This document shows, one piece after another, positions 46,692-56,484 of a stretch of 64,000 bases of DNA. Position 1 is the stretch's first letter, and the number at the start of each line of letters is the position of its first letter. Source of the DNA: an uncultured delta proteobacterium (GTDB taxonomy: Bacteria > Myxococcota > Myxococcia > Myxococcales > Anaeromyxobacteraceae). The stretch is from the NCBI GenBank assembly GCA_963828255.1, contig CAWHDZ010000011.1, positions 192,001 through 256,000 of the forward strand. The letters run 5' to 3'. A program made the translations under genes and the position numbers. The notes below the pieces were generated by a model. The model ran no database searches. It was not told the origin of the DNA and saw only the letters and a list, made by a program, of their open reading frames with translations.

Positions 46692-47993
46692 ATGGCAAGC
46701 CCCCCGTCCGACAGCGCCGATCCGAACCCGAGCCGCGGGCCGCCCGGCGGCGGCGATCCACGCTGGGTCGAGCCGGGCGACGACGACGGTCCCGGGTCGG
46801 CCCCGGTCGATCCGGGATTCCCCTCCCCCCCGCGCGGCGGCTCTTCACGGATGGTTCAACTCGTGGCGCTTTCCGGCGTCGCCATCGTGGCCCTGGCGGC
46901 CGCGCTCCTCTACCGGACCCATCACCGGCGCGAGGTCCTGACCCAGGGGACGGTCCGCGCCCGCGAGCTGATGCGGGCCGATACCTGGGCCGGGTACCGC
47001 GCCGCCTCCCAGGTCCTCGAGCCGCTGGTCGCCATCGACGCCATGGAGGCGGGGGCGCTGCGGGCACAGGCGCTCGCCATGCTGGCCGCCGACTACCGGG
47101 ACGAGGGGGCCGCGGTCGAGGCCGAGCGCCTGCTCGACGCCCCGGAGCGCGCCGCCGAGATCCCCCCCGCCGCCAGCCTGGCGCGGGCGGCGCTGGCCAT
47201 GGGACGCGGGCAGGCCGGTTCGGCCGCCATCTCGGCCGCGCGGGCGGGCACCGGATCCTCGGGGCGCGTGCTGCAGGGCCGGGTCGCGTTGCTGGCCGGA
47301 AATCCCGCCGGGGCCGCCGAGTTCGCCGCCGAGGCCGTGGCGTCCGACCCGGGACTGCCCGCCGCCCTGGCGCTCCAGGGGGACGCGCTGCGCCGGACCG
47401 GGAAGCCGGAGGGCGCACGGCAAGCCTACCTCGGAGCGCTCCACGCGTCGCCCGGTCACCCCCGCGCGACCTACGGCCTCGCCAAGCTCGCACTCTCGGG
47501 AAAGGCGCGGCCCGAGGAGGCCTACCCGGCGCTGGAGGGAATCCTGGCCGATCGCGCCGGCGTTCCCGGAAACGAGCGGGGCCGGGCCGCGCTGCACCTC
47601 GCGGCGCTGCAGGGGCGCGCCGGCGACCGGGCCGGGGCGCAGCGGACCCTCGATTCCTCCGGCGCCACCGGCGCCGACCGGGCCTGGCTCGAGAGGGCCG
47701 TCGCCGAGGAGGAACTGTCCCGCACCGGATACCGCGTCGTGGACGGCGCACCCGCCGCACTCCAGAGCGCGAGCGACGACGACCCGTACGTACCCCCTCC
47801 GCCCGCCCCGCCGCCTCCGCCTCGGGAGCCGCAAAGGAAGGCCGTGAAGCAGAAGGCGGCGCCCGGGAAGAAGGCCCCGGCCAAGGCGCCGGCCAAGTCC
47901 AAGGCGACCGGCAAGCCCAAGGGTGCGAAGCAGCCCGCCAAGGCACCGGCAAAGGCCCCCGCGAAGAAGTCGCCCAGGCCCCCGCCAGGGTAG
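46692..47993 (+). CDS. Membrane-anchored TPR protein with Lys/Ala/Pro tail
   Basis: Single TM helix, Ala/Leu-rich TPR-like helices, KAPAK repeats. Confidence 0.75.
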   Translation: MASPPSDSADPNPSRGPPGGGDPRWVEPGDDDGPGSAPVDPGFPSPPRGGSSRMVQLVALSGVAIVALAAALLYRTHHRREVLTQGTVRARELMRADTWAGYRAASQVLEPLVAIDAMEAGALRAQALAMLAADYRDEGAAVEAERLLDAPERAAEIPPAASLARAALAMGRGQAGSAAISAARAGTGSSGRVLQGRVALLAGNPAGAAEFAAEAVASDPGLPAALALQGDALRRTGKPEGARQAYLGALHASPGHPRATYGLAKLALSGKARPEEAYPALEGILADRAGVPGNERGRAALHLAALQGRAGDRAGAQRTLDSSGATGADRAWLERAVAEEELSRTGYRVVDGAPAALQSASDDDPYVPPPPAPPPPPREPQRKAVKQKAAPGKKAPAKAPAKSKATGKPKGAKQPAKAPAKAPAKKSPRPPPG

Positions 47994-48009
47994 CGGCCGA
48001 GCACGAGGC

Positions 48010-48115
48010 TGCACGGACCTCGTGCAGCGGGCTGCGCGCCCGGCGGGCAGGGCCACGCCCCGCTGCCTGGAAAGCGCGCGATCCCCCTGCCCGGCGACCC
48101 GGCACGCCGCCTGCA
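48010..48115 (+). promoter_or_regulatory. NtrC-type enhancer pair plus sigma54 promoter for amtB
   Basis: TGCAC-N7-GTGCA (48010-48026), TGCGC-N7-GGGCA (48033-48049), CGGCACG-CCGC-CTGCA (48100-48115). Confidence 0.75.
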
Positions 48116-48154
48116 ACGCGCCCAGGCACCCCACCTTCAGCGAAGGAGCACCGC

Positions 48155-49417
48155 TTGAATCCAATCAACTCGGGCGACACGGCGTTCGTCCTCATGAGCG
48201 CCGCCCTCGTGATGTTCATGACCCCCGGCCTGGCCTTCTTCTACGGCGGCCTGGTCCGCGCCAAGAACGTCGTCCACACCATGATCCTCTCCATCGTGTG
48301 CATGGCGGTGGTGGGCGTCCTCTGGGCGGTGATCGGCTACAGCCTCTCCTTCTCCCCGGGCACCTTCGACTCGTTCCTCGGCGGGGCCCACTGGTTCAAC
48401 CTGAAGGGCGTCGGGGCCGAACCGGAGAAGTCGCTCGGCGCCACCATCCCCCACGTCGCCTTCATGCTGTTCCAGGGGATGTTCGCCGTGATCACCCCGG
48501 CGCTCATCTCCGGCGCGCTGGTGGAGCGGATCCGGGTCAAGGCCTTCGTGCTCTTCGTCGTCCTCTGGAGCCTCATCGTCTACACGCCGGTCGCCCACTG
48601 GGTCTGGGCTCCGGGCGGCTGGCTGCGCGCCAGGGGCGTCCTCGACTTCGCCGGCGGCACTGTGGTCCACATCAACGCCGCCGCGGCCGCCATCGTGGGC
48701 GCGCTGCTCCTCGGCAAGCGGCGCGGCCTCAAGACCCCCAGTTCGCTCCCGCACAACGTGCCCTTCGTGATCCTCGGCGCCGGCATGCTCTGGTTCGGCT
48801 GGCTCGGATTCAACGGCGGCTCGGCGCTGGCGGCCAACGGCCTCGCGGCGTATGCATTCGCCAACACCTTCTTCGCCCCGGCAGCGGCGGCAGCGGCCTG
48901 GGGTCTCGCCGAGCTCTTCTTCTTCCACGGCAAGATGTCCGGTGTCGGGCTCGCCTCTGGCGCGGTGGCCGGGATGGTCGCCATCACGCCGGCCGCCGGG
49001 TTCGTCACGCCGGCCTCGTCGCTCGTCATCGGCGCGCTGGCCGGCATCGCCTCCCTGCTGGCGGTGCGCCTCCGGCCCCGCCTCGGCATCGACGACTCGC
49101 TCGACGTCTTCGCCGTACACGGGGTGGCTGCCACGCTGGGCGCGCTCCTCACCGGCGTCCTCGCCACGAAGCTCGTGAACCCGGACGGCGCCGACGGAAG
49201 CCTGTCGCTGCTCGGGTGGCAGGCGGTGGGCGTCGCCGTGACGTTCGCCTGGTCGGGCGGAATCTCGTTCCTCCTCTACAAGGTGGTGGGGTTCGTCTTC
49301 CCGCTGCGGGCCGAGGAGCAGGACGAGTGGAACGGGATGGACACCTCGGAGAGCGGCGAGCGCGGCTACATCCACGCCGACATCGAGTCCTCCTCGGGCG
49401 GGGCCGTCGGCGGCTGA
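48155..49417 (+). CDS. amtB: Ammonium transporter
   Basis: MTPGLAFFYGG, DFAGGTVVH, WFGWLGFNGGS, DDSLDVFAVHG; TTG start after AAGGAG. Confidence 0.96.
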   Translation: MNPINSGDTAFVLMSAALVMFMTPGLAFFYGGLVRAKNVVHTMILSIVCMAVVGVLWAVIGYSLSFSPGTFDSFLGGAHWFNLKGVGAEPEKSLGATIPHVAFMLFQGMFAVITPALISGALVERIRVKAFVLFVVLWSLIVYTPVAHWVWAPGGWLRARGVLDFAGGTVVHINAAAAAIVGALLLGKRRGLKTPSSLPHNVPFVILGAGMLWFGWLGFNGGSALAANGLAAYAFANTFFAPAAAAAAWGLAELFFFHGKMSGVGLASGAVAGMVAITPAAGFVTPASSLVIGALAGIASLLAVRLRPRLGIDDSLDVFAVHGVAATLGALLTGVLATKLVNPDGADGSLSLLGWQAVGVAVTFAWSGGISFLLYKVVGFVFPLRAEEQDEWNGMDTSESGERGYIHADIESSSGGAVGG

Positions 49418-49525
49418 TCGGCGCGCACGACCCACCTCACCGCGGCCCGCCGTGCCTCGCGCCCGGCGGGCCGTCTTGCGTCCGCGGCGCGACGACGGGC
49501 CCGGCACGCATTCACCCCGCGGCGC

Positions 49526-49629
49526 TGCGCGCCGGGGAGGCACCCGCTGCACGGGGGACGTGCAGCTCCAGTCGCCTGCCGGTGAACCCGGAGCATTTCC
49601 GGAGCCCGGCGTGCGGCACGGGGAGTGCA
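49526..49629 (+). promoter_or_regulatory. Second NtrC-type enhancer pair plus sigma54 promoter
   Basis: TGCGC-N7-AGGCA (49526-49542), TGCAC-N7-GTGCA (49548-49564), CGGCACG-GGGA-GTGCA (49614-49629). Confidence 0.72.
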
Positions 49630-49688
49630 GCGGTCTCGAGTCGAATGAACGGATCGCCTTCCGCGACCACTTTCCAGGGAGACCATCG

Positions 49689-50495
49689 ATGAAGAAGCTC
49701 GTCCGTATCGCCGCCGCTTGCGCCCTCGCGCTCTCCGCGCAGACCGCCTGGGCGACTCCGTCCACCGTCTTCTGGACCCCGGCCACGACCTACGTCCAGC
49801 CGTTCCTGCTGCCGCACCTCACCTTCGACACCTACTTCAACGACAAGGCCGCCTACCCGATCAACGTCGGCCTCACGGTCGGCGTCCTGCCGTTCGAGAA
49901 GGTGCAGGCCGAGGTGGGCATCGACTTCTTCTTCCCCTACTGGGGAGGCAGCGCCATCTTCGTGCAGCCGGCGGGAGCGCTGCAGCTGAACGCCAAGGTC
50001 GGCCTCGTCGAGGGAGCCTACGGGGATTGGTTCCCGGGCATCTCCGGCGGCATCTTCGGGGTGGGCGTCAACCAGGGGACCCAGTTCAGCGTGCTGCATG
50101 CGGAGATCGGCAAGACCTTCTTCTTCGGCGCGGTCACGGTGGGCGGCTACTACGGGGCGGGGGGCACGAACGCGCTCTGGAGCGACGTCGACGGGGTGGT
50201 GCTGACGCGCGGCGGCTTCATGGCCTCCTACGTCTCCCCGGATCTCGTCCTCGACCTGAAGGGGATCTACAAGCTCAACTTCGTCGCCGACATCATGACC
50301 GGCAACAACGCCTACTCGGCGGCCGGCGGTGGCATCGCCGTCTACTTCACGCCCGCCATCGACGTCATCACCGGTCCGCTCTTCTTCCTGAACAAGTACG
50401 CACAGCCCGCCCAGTCCAACATGATGTGGACGGTCCAGCTGGACGTTGACTTCGACCTCGGGGCCAAGGCCCCGGCCGAGCCGGCCAAGTCGTAA
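49689..50495 (+). CDS. Secreted, probable outer-membrane beta-barrel protein
   Basis: Signal peptide MKKLVRIAAACALALSAQTAWA; Gly/aromatic alternating strands; last strand WTVQLDVDF. Confidence 0.75.
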   Translation: MKKLVRIAAACALALSAQTAWATPSTVFWTPATTYVQPFLLPHLTFDTYFNDKAAYPINVGLTVGVLPFEKVQAEVGIDFFFPYWGGSAIFVQPAGALQLNAKVGLVEGAYGDWFPGISGGIFGVGVNQGTQFSVLHAEIGKTFFFGAVTVGGYYGAGGTNALWSDVDGVVLTRGGFMASYVSPDLVLDLKGIYKLNFVADIMTGNNAYSAAGGGIAVYFTPAIDVITGPLFFLNKYAQPAQSNMMWTVQLDVDFDLGAKAPAEPAKS

Positions 50496-50585
50496 CGCGC
50501 GTGGGGCGCAGAGGGCGGTTCCGGGGCGGCGGGCCCCGGAGCCGCCTTCACCTTTCGTGGGACCTGATCGAGGCCGTCGGCGCCT

Positions 50586-51071
50586 TCAGACCTTGATGCA
50601 CTGGATCACCGTGTCGAAGACGGCGAACTCCATCTGCTCCCGCTCCGCCGCACCCATTCCCTGGAACTGGAACGACACCCGGACGGCGCCGGGCTGGACC
50701 AGCGCGTTCACCACCCTGGCCCGGAGCGCCACCGGCTCCGCTCCCGGCAGGCGGATCTTGACCTTGACCTCCTCGTCGGTGGGCGGCGACTTGGCGAGCA
50801 GCGCCGAGAAGCCCCCCACGGACACCTCCTGGGTCACCGCGCGAACCCGGTCCACGCTCCACTCGATGTCCGCCTGCAGGGCCCGGGCGACGCGCAGCGC
50901 CTGCCGCGGAACCTCGCCCTTCCTGAGGCCGGCTGCCTGGGCCCCGAGCAGCGCCCGGGCCAGCTCGTCGCGCCCGGCCCGGTAGTCCGCCAGCCCCTCG
51001 GCGGAGAGGCTCCCGGCCCGCGCCTGCTCGTGCTGCGTCTTGAAGCGGACCAGCCAGTCCTTGAGGCTCAT
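50586..51071 (-). CDS. PilZ-domain protein
   Basis: RQALR (RxxxR) and EVSVGG (D/NxSxxG-like) motifs. Confidence 0.8.
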   Translation of the reverse strand: MSLKDWLVRFKTQHEQARAGSLSAEGLADYRAGRDELARALLGAQAAGLRKGEVPRQALRVARALQADIEWSVDRVRAVTQEVSVGGFSALLAKSPPTDEEVKVKIRLPGAEPVALRARVVNALVQPGAVRVSFQFQGMGAAEREQMEFAVFDTVIQCIKV

Positions 51072-51886
51072 GCGAGCTCCAGCATACACCGTGCGTCAGA
51101 GGGCGAGGCCAGTCGGCGCCCCGACGCCGCCACCAGGCGGACCGCCGCGGCCACCAGCTCCTGGTTGCCCTTCGCGAGGACCCCCTTGGAGAGGTAGAGG
51201 TTGTCCTCCAGTCCGACCCGCACGTGGCCACCCATGCGAAGCGAGAGCTCGGCCATGGGCATCTCGAAGCGGCCGATCCCGGCCACCGTCCAGGGGACCG
51301 GCTCCGGCATCCCCTCCACCAGGAACCGGAGGTTCCGCTCGGTCCCGGACATCCCTCCGGGGACCCCGAGCACGAACTGCACGTGGTAGGGGCGGGCCAG
51401 GTGACCCTTGTCGAGGAACCAGCGCAGGGTCTCGAGCATCCCGGCGTCGTAGACCTCGCACTCGGGCACGATCCCCCGCTCGCGGATGCGGCCGGCGATG
51501 CGGACGATGTCGGGGCGCGCGTTCACGAAGACGTCGTCGCCGAAGTTGAGCGTGCCCATGTTCAGGGTCGCCATCTCCGCGCCGGGGACGAGGGACCCCA
51601 GCCGCTCCTCCACGCCCATCCCCACCGCGCCGCCGGTGGAGCACTGCACGACGACGTCGCAGCCGGCCGCCCGGATGCGGTCCACGATCTCGCGGAAGTG
51701 CTCGGCGCGCTGCGAGGGCCGTCCGTCCGGGTGGCGCGCGTGCAGGTGGACGACCGCCGCCCCCTCCCGCCAGGCTTCCACCGCTGCGCGGGCGATCTCC
51801 TCCGGCGTGTACGGGACGGCCGGGCTCTGCTCCCGGGTCACCTCGGCCCCCACGACCGCGCAGGTGACGATGGCCTTCTCTCCCAC
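51068..51886 (-). CDS. kce: 3-keto-5-aminohexanoate cleavage enzyme
   Basis: ITCAVVGAE-like N-terminus, HLHAR, STGGAVGM, LNMGTLNFG, HVRVGLEDN; context with kal and kamDE. Confidence 0.92.
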   Translation of the reverse strand: MGEKAIVTCAVVGAEVTREQSPAVPYTPEEIARAAVEAWREGAAVVHLHARHPDGRPSQRAEHFREIVDRIRAAGCDVVVQCSTGGAVGMGVEERLGSLVPGAEMATLNMGTLNFGDDVFVNARPDIVRIAGRIRERGIVPECEVYDAGMLETLRWFLDKGHLARPYHVQFVLGVPGGMSGTERNLRFLVEGMPEPVPWTVAGIGRFEMPMAELSLRMGGHVRVGLEDNLYLSKGVLAKGNQELVAAAVRLVAASGRRLASPSDARCMLELA

Positions 51887-51904
51887 GGCTGCCCCCTTCC
51901 TCGC

Positions 51905-52300
51905 CTACCCGCGCACCCTGCGCTGCTTGTCCTTCGGGACCACGCAGGTCCCGGCGGCCCGGCAGACCACCACCGGCTCGGCCAGCAGCTCCGCGGCGCT
52001 GTCGGAGAGATCGGGGCGCGGGATCACGACCTTGCGGGCCTCGAATCGCATGGCCCGCGACGTTGCGCCGACCCGGGTGATCTCCCCGGTCGCCTCCACG
52101 TAGTCACCGGCGTGCACCGGGGCCAGGAACTCCACCGCGTCGTAGGCGCGGAAGAGCCCCTCGTCGCCGTCGTGACGGACGAGGAGCTCGGTGGCCACGT
52201 CGCCGAAGAGCTGAAGCATGCGCGCCCCGTCCACCAGGTTTCCCCCGTAGTGGGCGTCGGCCTGGGACATGCGCATGCGGATGAGGACCCGGTCAGCCAT
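51905..52300 (-). CDS. kal: 3-aminobutyryl-CoA ammonia lyase (hotdog fold)
   Basis: [30 protein letters not shown]. Confidence 0.92.
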   Translation of the reverse strand: MADRVLIRMRMSQADAHYGGNLVDGARMLQLFGDVATELLVRHDGDEGLFRAYDAVEFLAPVHAGDYVEATGEITRVGATSRAMRFEARKVVIPRPDLSDSAAELLAEPVVVCRAAGTCVVPKDKQRRVRG

Positions 52301-53078
52301 CTCGCTCCTCCGTCGGAGCCTTGCCCGCCCTGGCGAGCACGCGCCCCACGATGTAGTTCGCCACGTCGGACGGCTTCGTGCCCGGCCCGAAGCCGGCGTC
52401 GTATCCCAGCTCGAGCGCCAGCCGGTGGTCGATGCGGGGGCCGCCCAGGATGGTCACCAGCCGGTCGCGGATGCCGAGCTTCCCCAGCTCGTCGAGGAAG
52501 GCCCGGGCGTTCTCCTTGTGGACGTCACGCTGGGTGACCACCTGCGAGACCAGCACGGCGTCGGCCCCGGACTCGCGGCAGGCCCGGGCCAGCGCCGCGT
52601 TCTCCACCTGCGAGCCGAGGTTGCGCGCGTCGAAGGCCGGGTAGCGCTCCAGGCCGTAGTCGCCGGCGAACCCCTTCATGTTCATGATGGCGTCGATGCC
52701 CACCGCGTGGGCGTCGGAGCCGGTGCAGGCGCCCAGCACCACGATGCGCCGCCCCAGATCGCGGGAGACGAGCGCGTTCAGCTCGTCGAAGCCGCGCTTC
52801 TCGACCTTCACCTCCGGCACGTCGATGGCCGTGAGGTCCACCGCGGCGTCGGTGCGGCCGTAGACCACGAAGAAGGTGTAGCCCTCGGCGGCCCTCTCCA
52901 TGGCGGCCACGTGCACGCCTTCGATCCCCATCTTGCGGGCCACCTGCGTGGCCGCCTCCCGGGCCCGGTCACCGGGCTCCACCGGCAGGACGAAGGAGAG
53001 CTGCACCACCCCGTCGTCGCGCCGGTCGCCGTACGGGCGCACCATCTCGGGCGGCGCTCCCTTCCCGGGCCGGGTCAT
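52293..53078 (-). CDS. kamE: Lysine 5,6-aminomutase beta subunit (B12-binding)
   Basis: PYGD...[23 protein letters not shown] (DxHxxG plus PLP Lys), SQVVTQ. Confidence 0.93.
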   Translation of the reverse strand: MTRPGKGAPPEMVRPYGDRRDDGVVQLSFVLPVEPGDRAREAATQVARKMGIEGVHVAAMERAAEGYTFFVVYGRTDAAVDLTAIDVPEVKVEKRGFDELNALVSRDLGRRIVVLGACTGSDAHAVGIDAIMNMKGFAGDYGLERYPAFDARNLGSQVENAALARACRESGADAVLVSQVVTQRDVHKENARAFLDELGKLGIRDRLVTILGGPRIDHRLALELGYDAGFGPGTKPSDVANYIVGRVLARAGKAPTEERDG

Positions 53079-53587
53079 GGGTCCGCTCCCAGCCGCGCCG
53101 TGGACTGGAGCCGGCGCTGCACCTCGATGATGTCCGGGGAGACCGGGGAGCGGCAGGACAGGAAGACCCGGTACTGCTCGCCGCGGTCGCAGGTGGCCCA
53201 GGCCCAGCCGTGCCAGCCGCCCTGGTCGGCCTCCTGGGCCACGGCCTTCCTCCCCGCGAAGGTGGTGGCGTGCCTCCGCACGCCGGTGAGGGAGGATGCG
53301 CCGCGCACCAGCGCCTCCTCGGCCCCCTCCAGGCACCGGTCTGCAGGGCCGGCCACGGAGGTGGCCGTCGCCTCCAGGATCGCCTCGCCCCCGGGCGAGG
53401 CGGCTTTCACCTTTCGTGAATCACCCTCGGCGCGCCAGCCCGAGGGCACCTCGAGCTCGAGGCCGGCCACGGAGTAGATCCGCGCCAATCCGTCCGGCGT
53501 CGGGCGCGAGACCGGCCCCACCCGGGCGCAGGAGACGAGGAGCAGCGCCGCCGCGACGACCGCCCCGGGCGCGAACCGGCGGCTCAC
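53075..53587 (-). CDS. Putative lipoprotein
   Basis: Signal peptide with lipobox LLVSC; 4-nt overlaps with kamD and kamE. Confidence 0.7.
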   Translation of the reverse strand: MSRRFAPGAVVAAALLLVSCARVGPVSRPTPDGLARIYSVAGLELEVPSGWRAEGDSRKVKAASPGGEAILEATATSVAGPADRCLEGAEEALVRGASSLTGVRRHATTFAGRKAVAQEADQGGWHGWAWATCDRGEQYRVFLSCRSPVSPDIIEVQRRLQSTARLGADP

Positions 53588-55158
53588 GCGCGCCCCTCCA
53601 GGATGTCGAGGAACGGGTTGAAGTAGCCGGGCTCCCGCTCGACCACCCCCGCGAGCCCCTTGCCCCCGTCCTCGCGCCGCGAAACGTCCCCGAAGCGGGC
53701 CTTCCCGATGGCGGCGAAGAGCCCCTCGTCGGCCACCTCCTCGAGGAGGTGGAGGGCCCTCCCCAGCGTCTCCGCGGCCCGGCGCTCCACCATGCCCCCC
53801 CTGCGGAACTGGATCTCGCCGCCCATGGACTTCCAGGCCCGGTAGACGTAGTCGGCGCTCTTCAGCGCCACGTACCGGTCCATCATGAACGGGTTGTGCA
53901 TGGCCTCGGTCATCATGCCGAGGAGCTGGATCGACTGGCCGGTGACCCGGGCCACCACGTCGGCCTGCACGTCGTAGGCGTGGCTGAAGAAGATGTCCCC
54001 CTCCTTGTGCTTGGTGGGGGGCATGTACTTGATGGGGGCGTCGGGGAAGAGGGTGCGCACGAGCAGGGCCTGGGCCATCTCCCGCGCCAGCGTGTCCTCC
54101 CGGTGCGGGTCGATCTCGAAGCTGTGCCCGAGCCCGATGAGCCGGTCGGGCAGGCCGGCGCGGTGGGCGAACGACTCGTTCACGAACTGGCTGGCGATGA
54201 CCGTGTGGGCGCCCTCGTCGGCGTCGGCGGTGGTGATGTAGTTGTCCTCGCCGGTGTTGATGATCACGCCCGCGAAGGCGGTCACGCGCCGCGAGAAGTG
54301 CTGGTCGCACAGCGTCCGCTTCATGTTGATGTCGCGGAAGAGGATGCCGTACATGGCGTCGTTGAGCAGCATGTCGAGCCGCTCCCAGGCCGCCGAGTAG
54401 GCGATCTCGCCCATGCAGAGCCCGGACGCGTAGTTGGTGAGCATCACGTAGCGCCGGAGCCGCCTCGACTCCGCGTCGAGCGCCTCGCGCATGATGCGGA
54501 AGTTCTCCTGCGTGGCGTAGGTGCCGCCGTAGCCCTCGGTGGTGGCTCCGTGGGGCACGTAGTCGAGGAGCGACTGGGCGGTGGAGCGGATGACGGCGAT
54601 GATGTCGGCCCCGGCCTGGGCGGCGGCGCGGGCCTGCTCCACGTCGTCGTGGATGTTGCCGGTGGCGACGATGAGGTACTTGTGGGGCCTCGGCCCCATG
54701 CCCAGCTCCTCGCGGAGGGCGTCGCGGGACTGGATCCGGCGGCGCAGCTCGTCGGCGGAGGCGCGGGCCTCCCGGGTGACCTCCTCCCGCAGCGCACGGT
54801 CCTCGCCGGGAGGAAGCGCCGCGGGCTCCCGCGGCAGCCCGGTGATCCGCTCGACCACCTGCACGGGGTCCCGCGCGCCCTGCCGGAGCGCCCAACCGAA
54901 CCAGTACGCCGCTCCCCTCCCCAGGAGGCCGCGCTCGTGGATCGCGTCCACCATGAGGTTGACGAGCGGGATCCCGCGCGGCCCGGCGTCGTGGAAGCCG
55001 AGCTGCCGGAGCGCGGTTCGCTCGATCGACACGGTGGTGTGGCGCCCGACGAACCCCATCACCTGGCCGGTGACCCGGTCGGCGAGCGCACGGCAGCGCG
55101 CCACCACCTCCGGATCGACGTGCAGGTCCGGGACCTCGCGTCCGTCGGGAAGTCGCAT
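53584..55158 (-). CDS. kamD: Lysine 5,6-aminomutase alpha subunit
   Basis: YLIVATGNI, IRSTAQSLLDYVP, NYASGLCM, INTGEDNY, KYMPPTKH. Confidence 0.95.
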   Translation of the reverse strand: MRLPDGREVPDLHVDPEVVARCRALADRVTGQVMGFVGRHTTVSIERTALRQLGFHDAGPRGIPLVNLMVDAIHERGLLGRGAAYWFGWALRQGARDPVQVVERITGLPREPAALPPGEDRALREEVTREARASADELRRRIQSRDALREELGMGPRPHKYLIVATGNIHDDVEQARAAAQAGADIIAVIRSTAQSLLDYVPHGATTEGYGGTYATQENFRIMREALDAESRRLRRYVMLTNYASGLCMGEIAYSAAWERLDMLLNDAMYGILFRDINMKRTLCDQHFSRRVTAFAGVIINTGEDNYITTADADEGAHTVIASQFVNESFAHRAGLPDRLIGLGHSFEIDPHREDTLAREMAQALLVRTLFPDAPIKYMPPTKHKEGDIFFSHAYDVQADVVARVTGQSIQLLGMMTEAMHNPFMMDRYVALKSADYVYRAWKSMGGEIQFRRGGMVERRAAETLGRALHLLEEVADEGLFAAIGKARFGDVSRREDGGKGLAGVVEREPGYFNPFLDILEGRA

Positions 55159-55167
55159 CGTTGCTTC

Positions 55168-56484
55168 CTACGACGCCGCCGCGGCGCGAGCAACCTTGCT
55201 TCCCAGCGATACCCCCAGGTCTCCGGCGCGGACCCTGGTGAGGGCCCCCCGGACCGACCCGTGCGCGGGGAACCTGACCTTGGCGTACTCGCGCGACGTT
55301 CCGCTGGCCTCGGGGCCCCGGATGCGCTCCACCACGACCTCGAGTTCCCGGCCCCGCAGCCCCTCCTGGAAGGCCGCCCACCGCCGCGCCGAAACCTCCC
55401 GCAACCCGGCGGCGCGCCGGGCGGCCACCTCGGAAGGCACCCGGCCCTCCATGGCCTCCGCCCGCGTTCCAGGGCGGGGTGAGAAGGCGAAGACGTGAAG
55501 GTAGGCGAGCGGCAGCGACGCGATCAGGGCCAGCGTGTCCCGGTGATCTTCCTCGGTCTCCCCGGGAAACCCGGTCATCACGTCGGCGCCCAGGGCCGCG
55601 CGCGGGCTGGCCCGGGCCACGCCCTCCACGACCCGCGCGTACCCTGCGGCGCGGTATGGCCGTCCCATCGCCGCGAGCATCCGGTCGGAGCCGCTCTGGA
55701 GCGGGACGTGGAAGTGCTCGCAGAGGACGGCGCCCGCCTCCTCGGCCAGGATCCCCACCGGGAACTCGGCGGGCTCGACGGAGGAGAGCCGGATGCGCCG
55801 GACGGTCCGCGCGGACGCCACCGCGCGCAGGAGGTCCGCGAGCGAGAGGCGCGGCGAGAGGTCCCGTCCCCACCCGCCCAGGTGGACCCCGGAGAGGACC
55901 ACCTCGGACCGGTTGGCGCCGAGGGAGGCGAGCCGGGCCAGGCACGCGCCGATCGGGAGCGACCGGGAGCCGCCCCGGGCGGACGGCACGACACAGTATG
56001 CGCAGGCGTCGTCGCATCCATCCTGCACCTTGAGCACCGGTCGGGCGTCACCCGATCCAGCCGCGGGCGCGCCGCCCCATCCGGGCGCGTCCTTCCTGGC
56101 CACGGCGAGCGCCGCACCTGCGTCGGCGCCGTCGCGCAGCGCCAGGAGGAGCCGGGGGATCACCGGGTGATCCCGAGGGCCGACCACCGCCGCGACCCCG
56201 GGGAGCGCGGCCAGGATCTCCCCCTCCTGCGCGACGTGACAACCGGCCACGACGATGCGGGCGCCCGGGTGCTCCCGCGCGGCGCGGCGCACCGCCTGCC
56301 GGGAGGAGGACGCGGCGTCCGCGGTCACCGAGCAGGTGGAGACGAGCACCCAGTCGGCCCTCTCGCCCGGAGCGGCGGCGCGGAAGCCTTCGGGGAGGGA
56401 GGCGGCGATCGACCCGGCGTCGGCCCGGCCCACCCGGCACCCGAGCGAGACCGTCGTGAGCCTATCCGCGCGCGATCCGTCCAC
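55168..56484 (-). CDS. mtaB: tRNA methylthiotransferase (MtaB-like radical SAM)
   Basis: [35 protein letters not shown]. Confidence 0.85.
   Translation of the reverse strand: MDGSRADRLTTVSLGCRVGRADAGSIAASLPEGFRAAAPGERADWVLVSTCSVTADAASSSRQAVRRAAREHPGARIVVAGCHVAQEGEILAALPGVAAVVGPRDHPVIPRLLLALRDGADAGAALAVARKDAPGWGGAPAAGSGDARPVLKVQDGCDDACAYCVVPSARGGSRSLPIGACLARLASLGANRSEVVLSGVHLGGWGRDLSPRLSLADLLRAVASARTVRRIRLSSVEPAEFPVGILAEEAGAVLCEHFHVPLQSGSDRMLAAMGRPYRAAGYARVVEGVARASPRAALGADVMTGFPGETEEDHRDTLALIASLPLAYLHVFAFSPRPGTRAEAMEGRVPSEVAARRAAGLREVSARRWAAFQEGLRGRELEVVVERIRGPEASGTSREYAKVRFPAHGSVRGALTRVRAGDLGVSLGSKVARAAAAS

Noticed and set aside
44845..49417. TilS and AmtB both end in Gly-Gly, as possible substrates for the E1/JAB pair
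   Set aside because: Neither has a beta-grasp domain, and GG endings are common by chance in GC-rich genomes.
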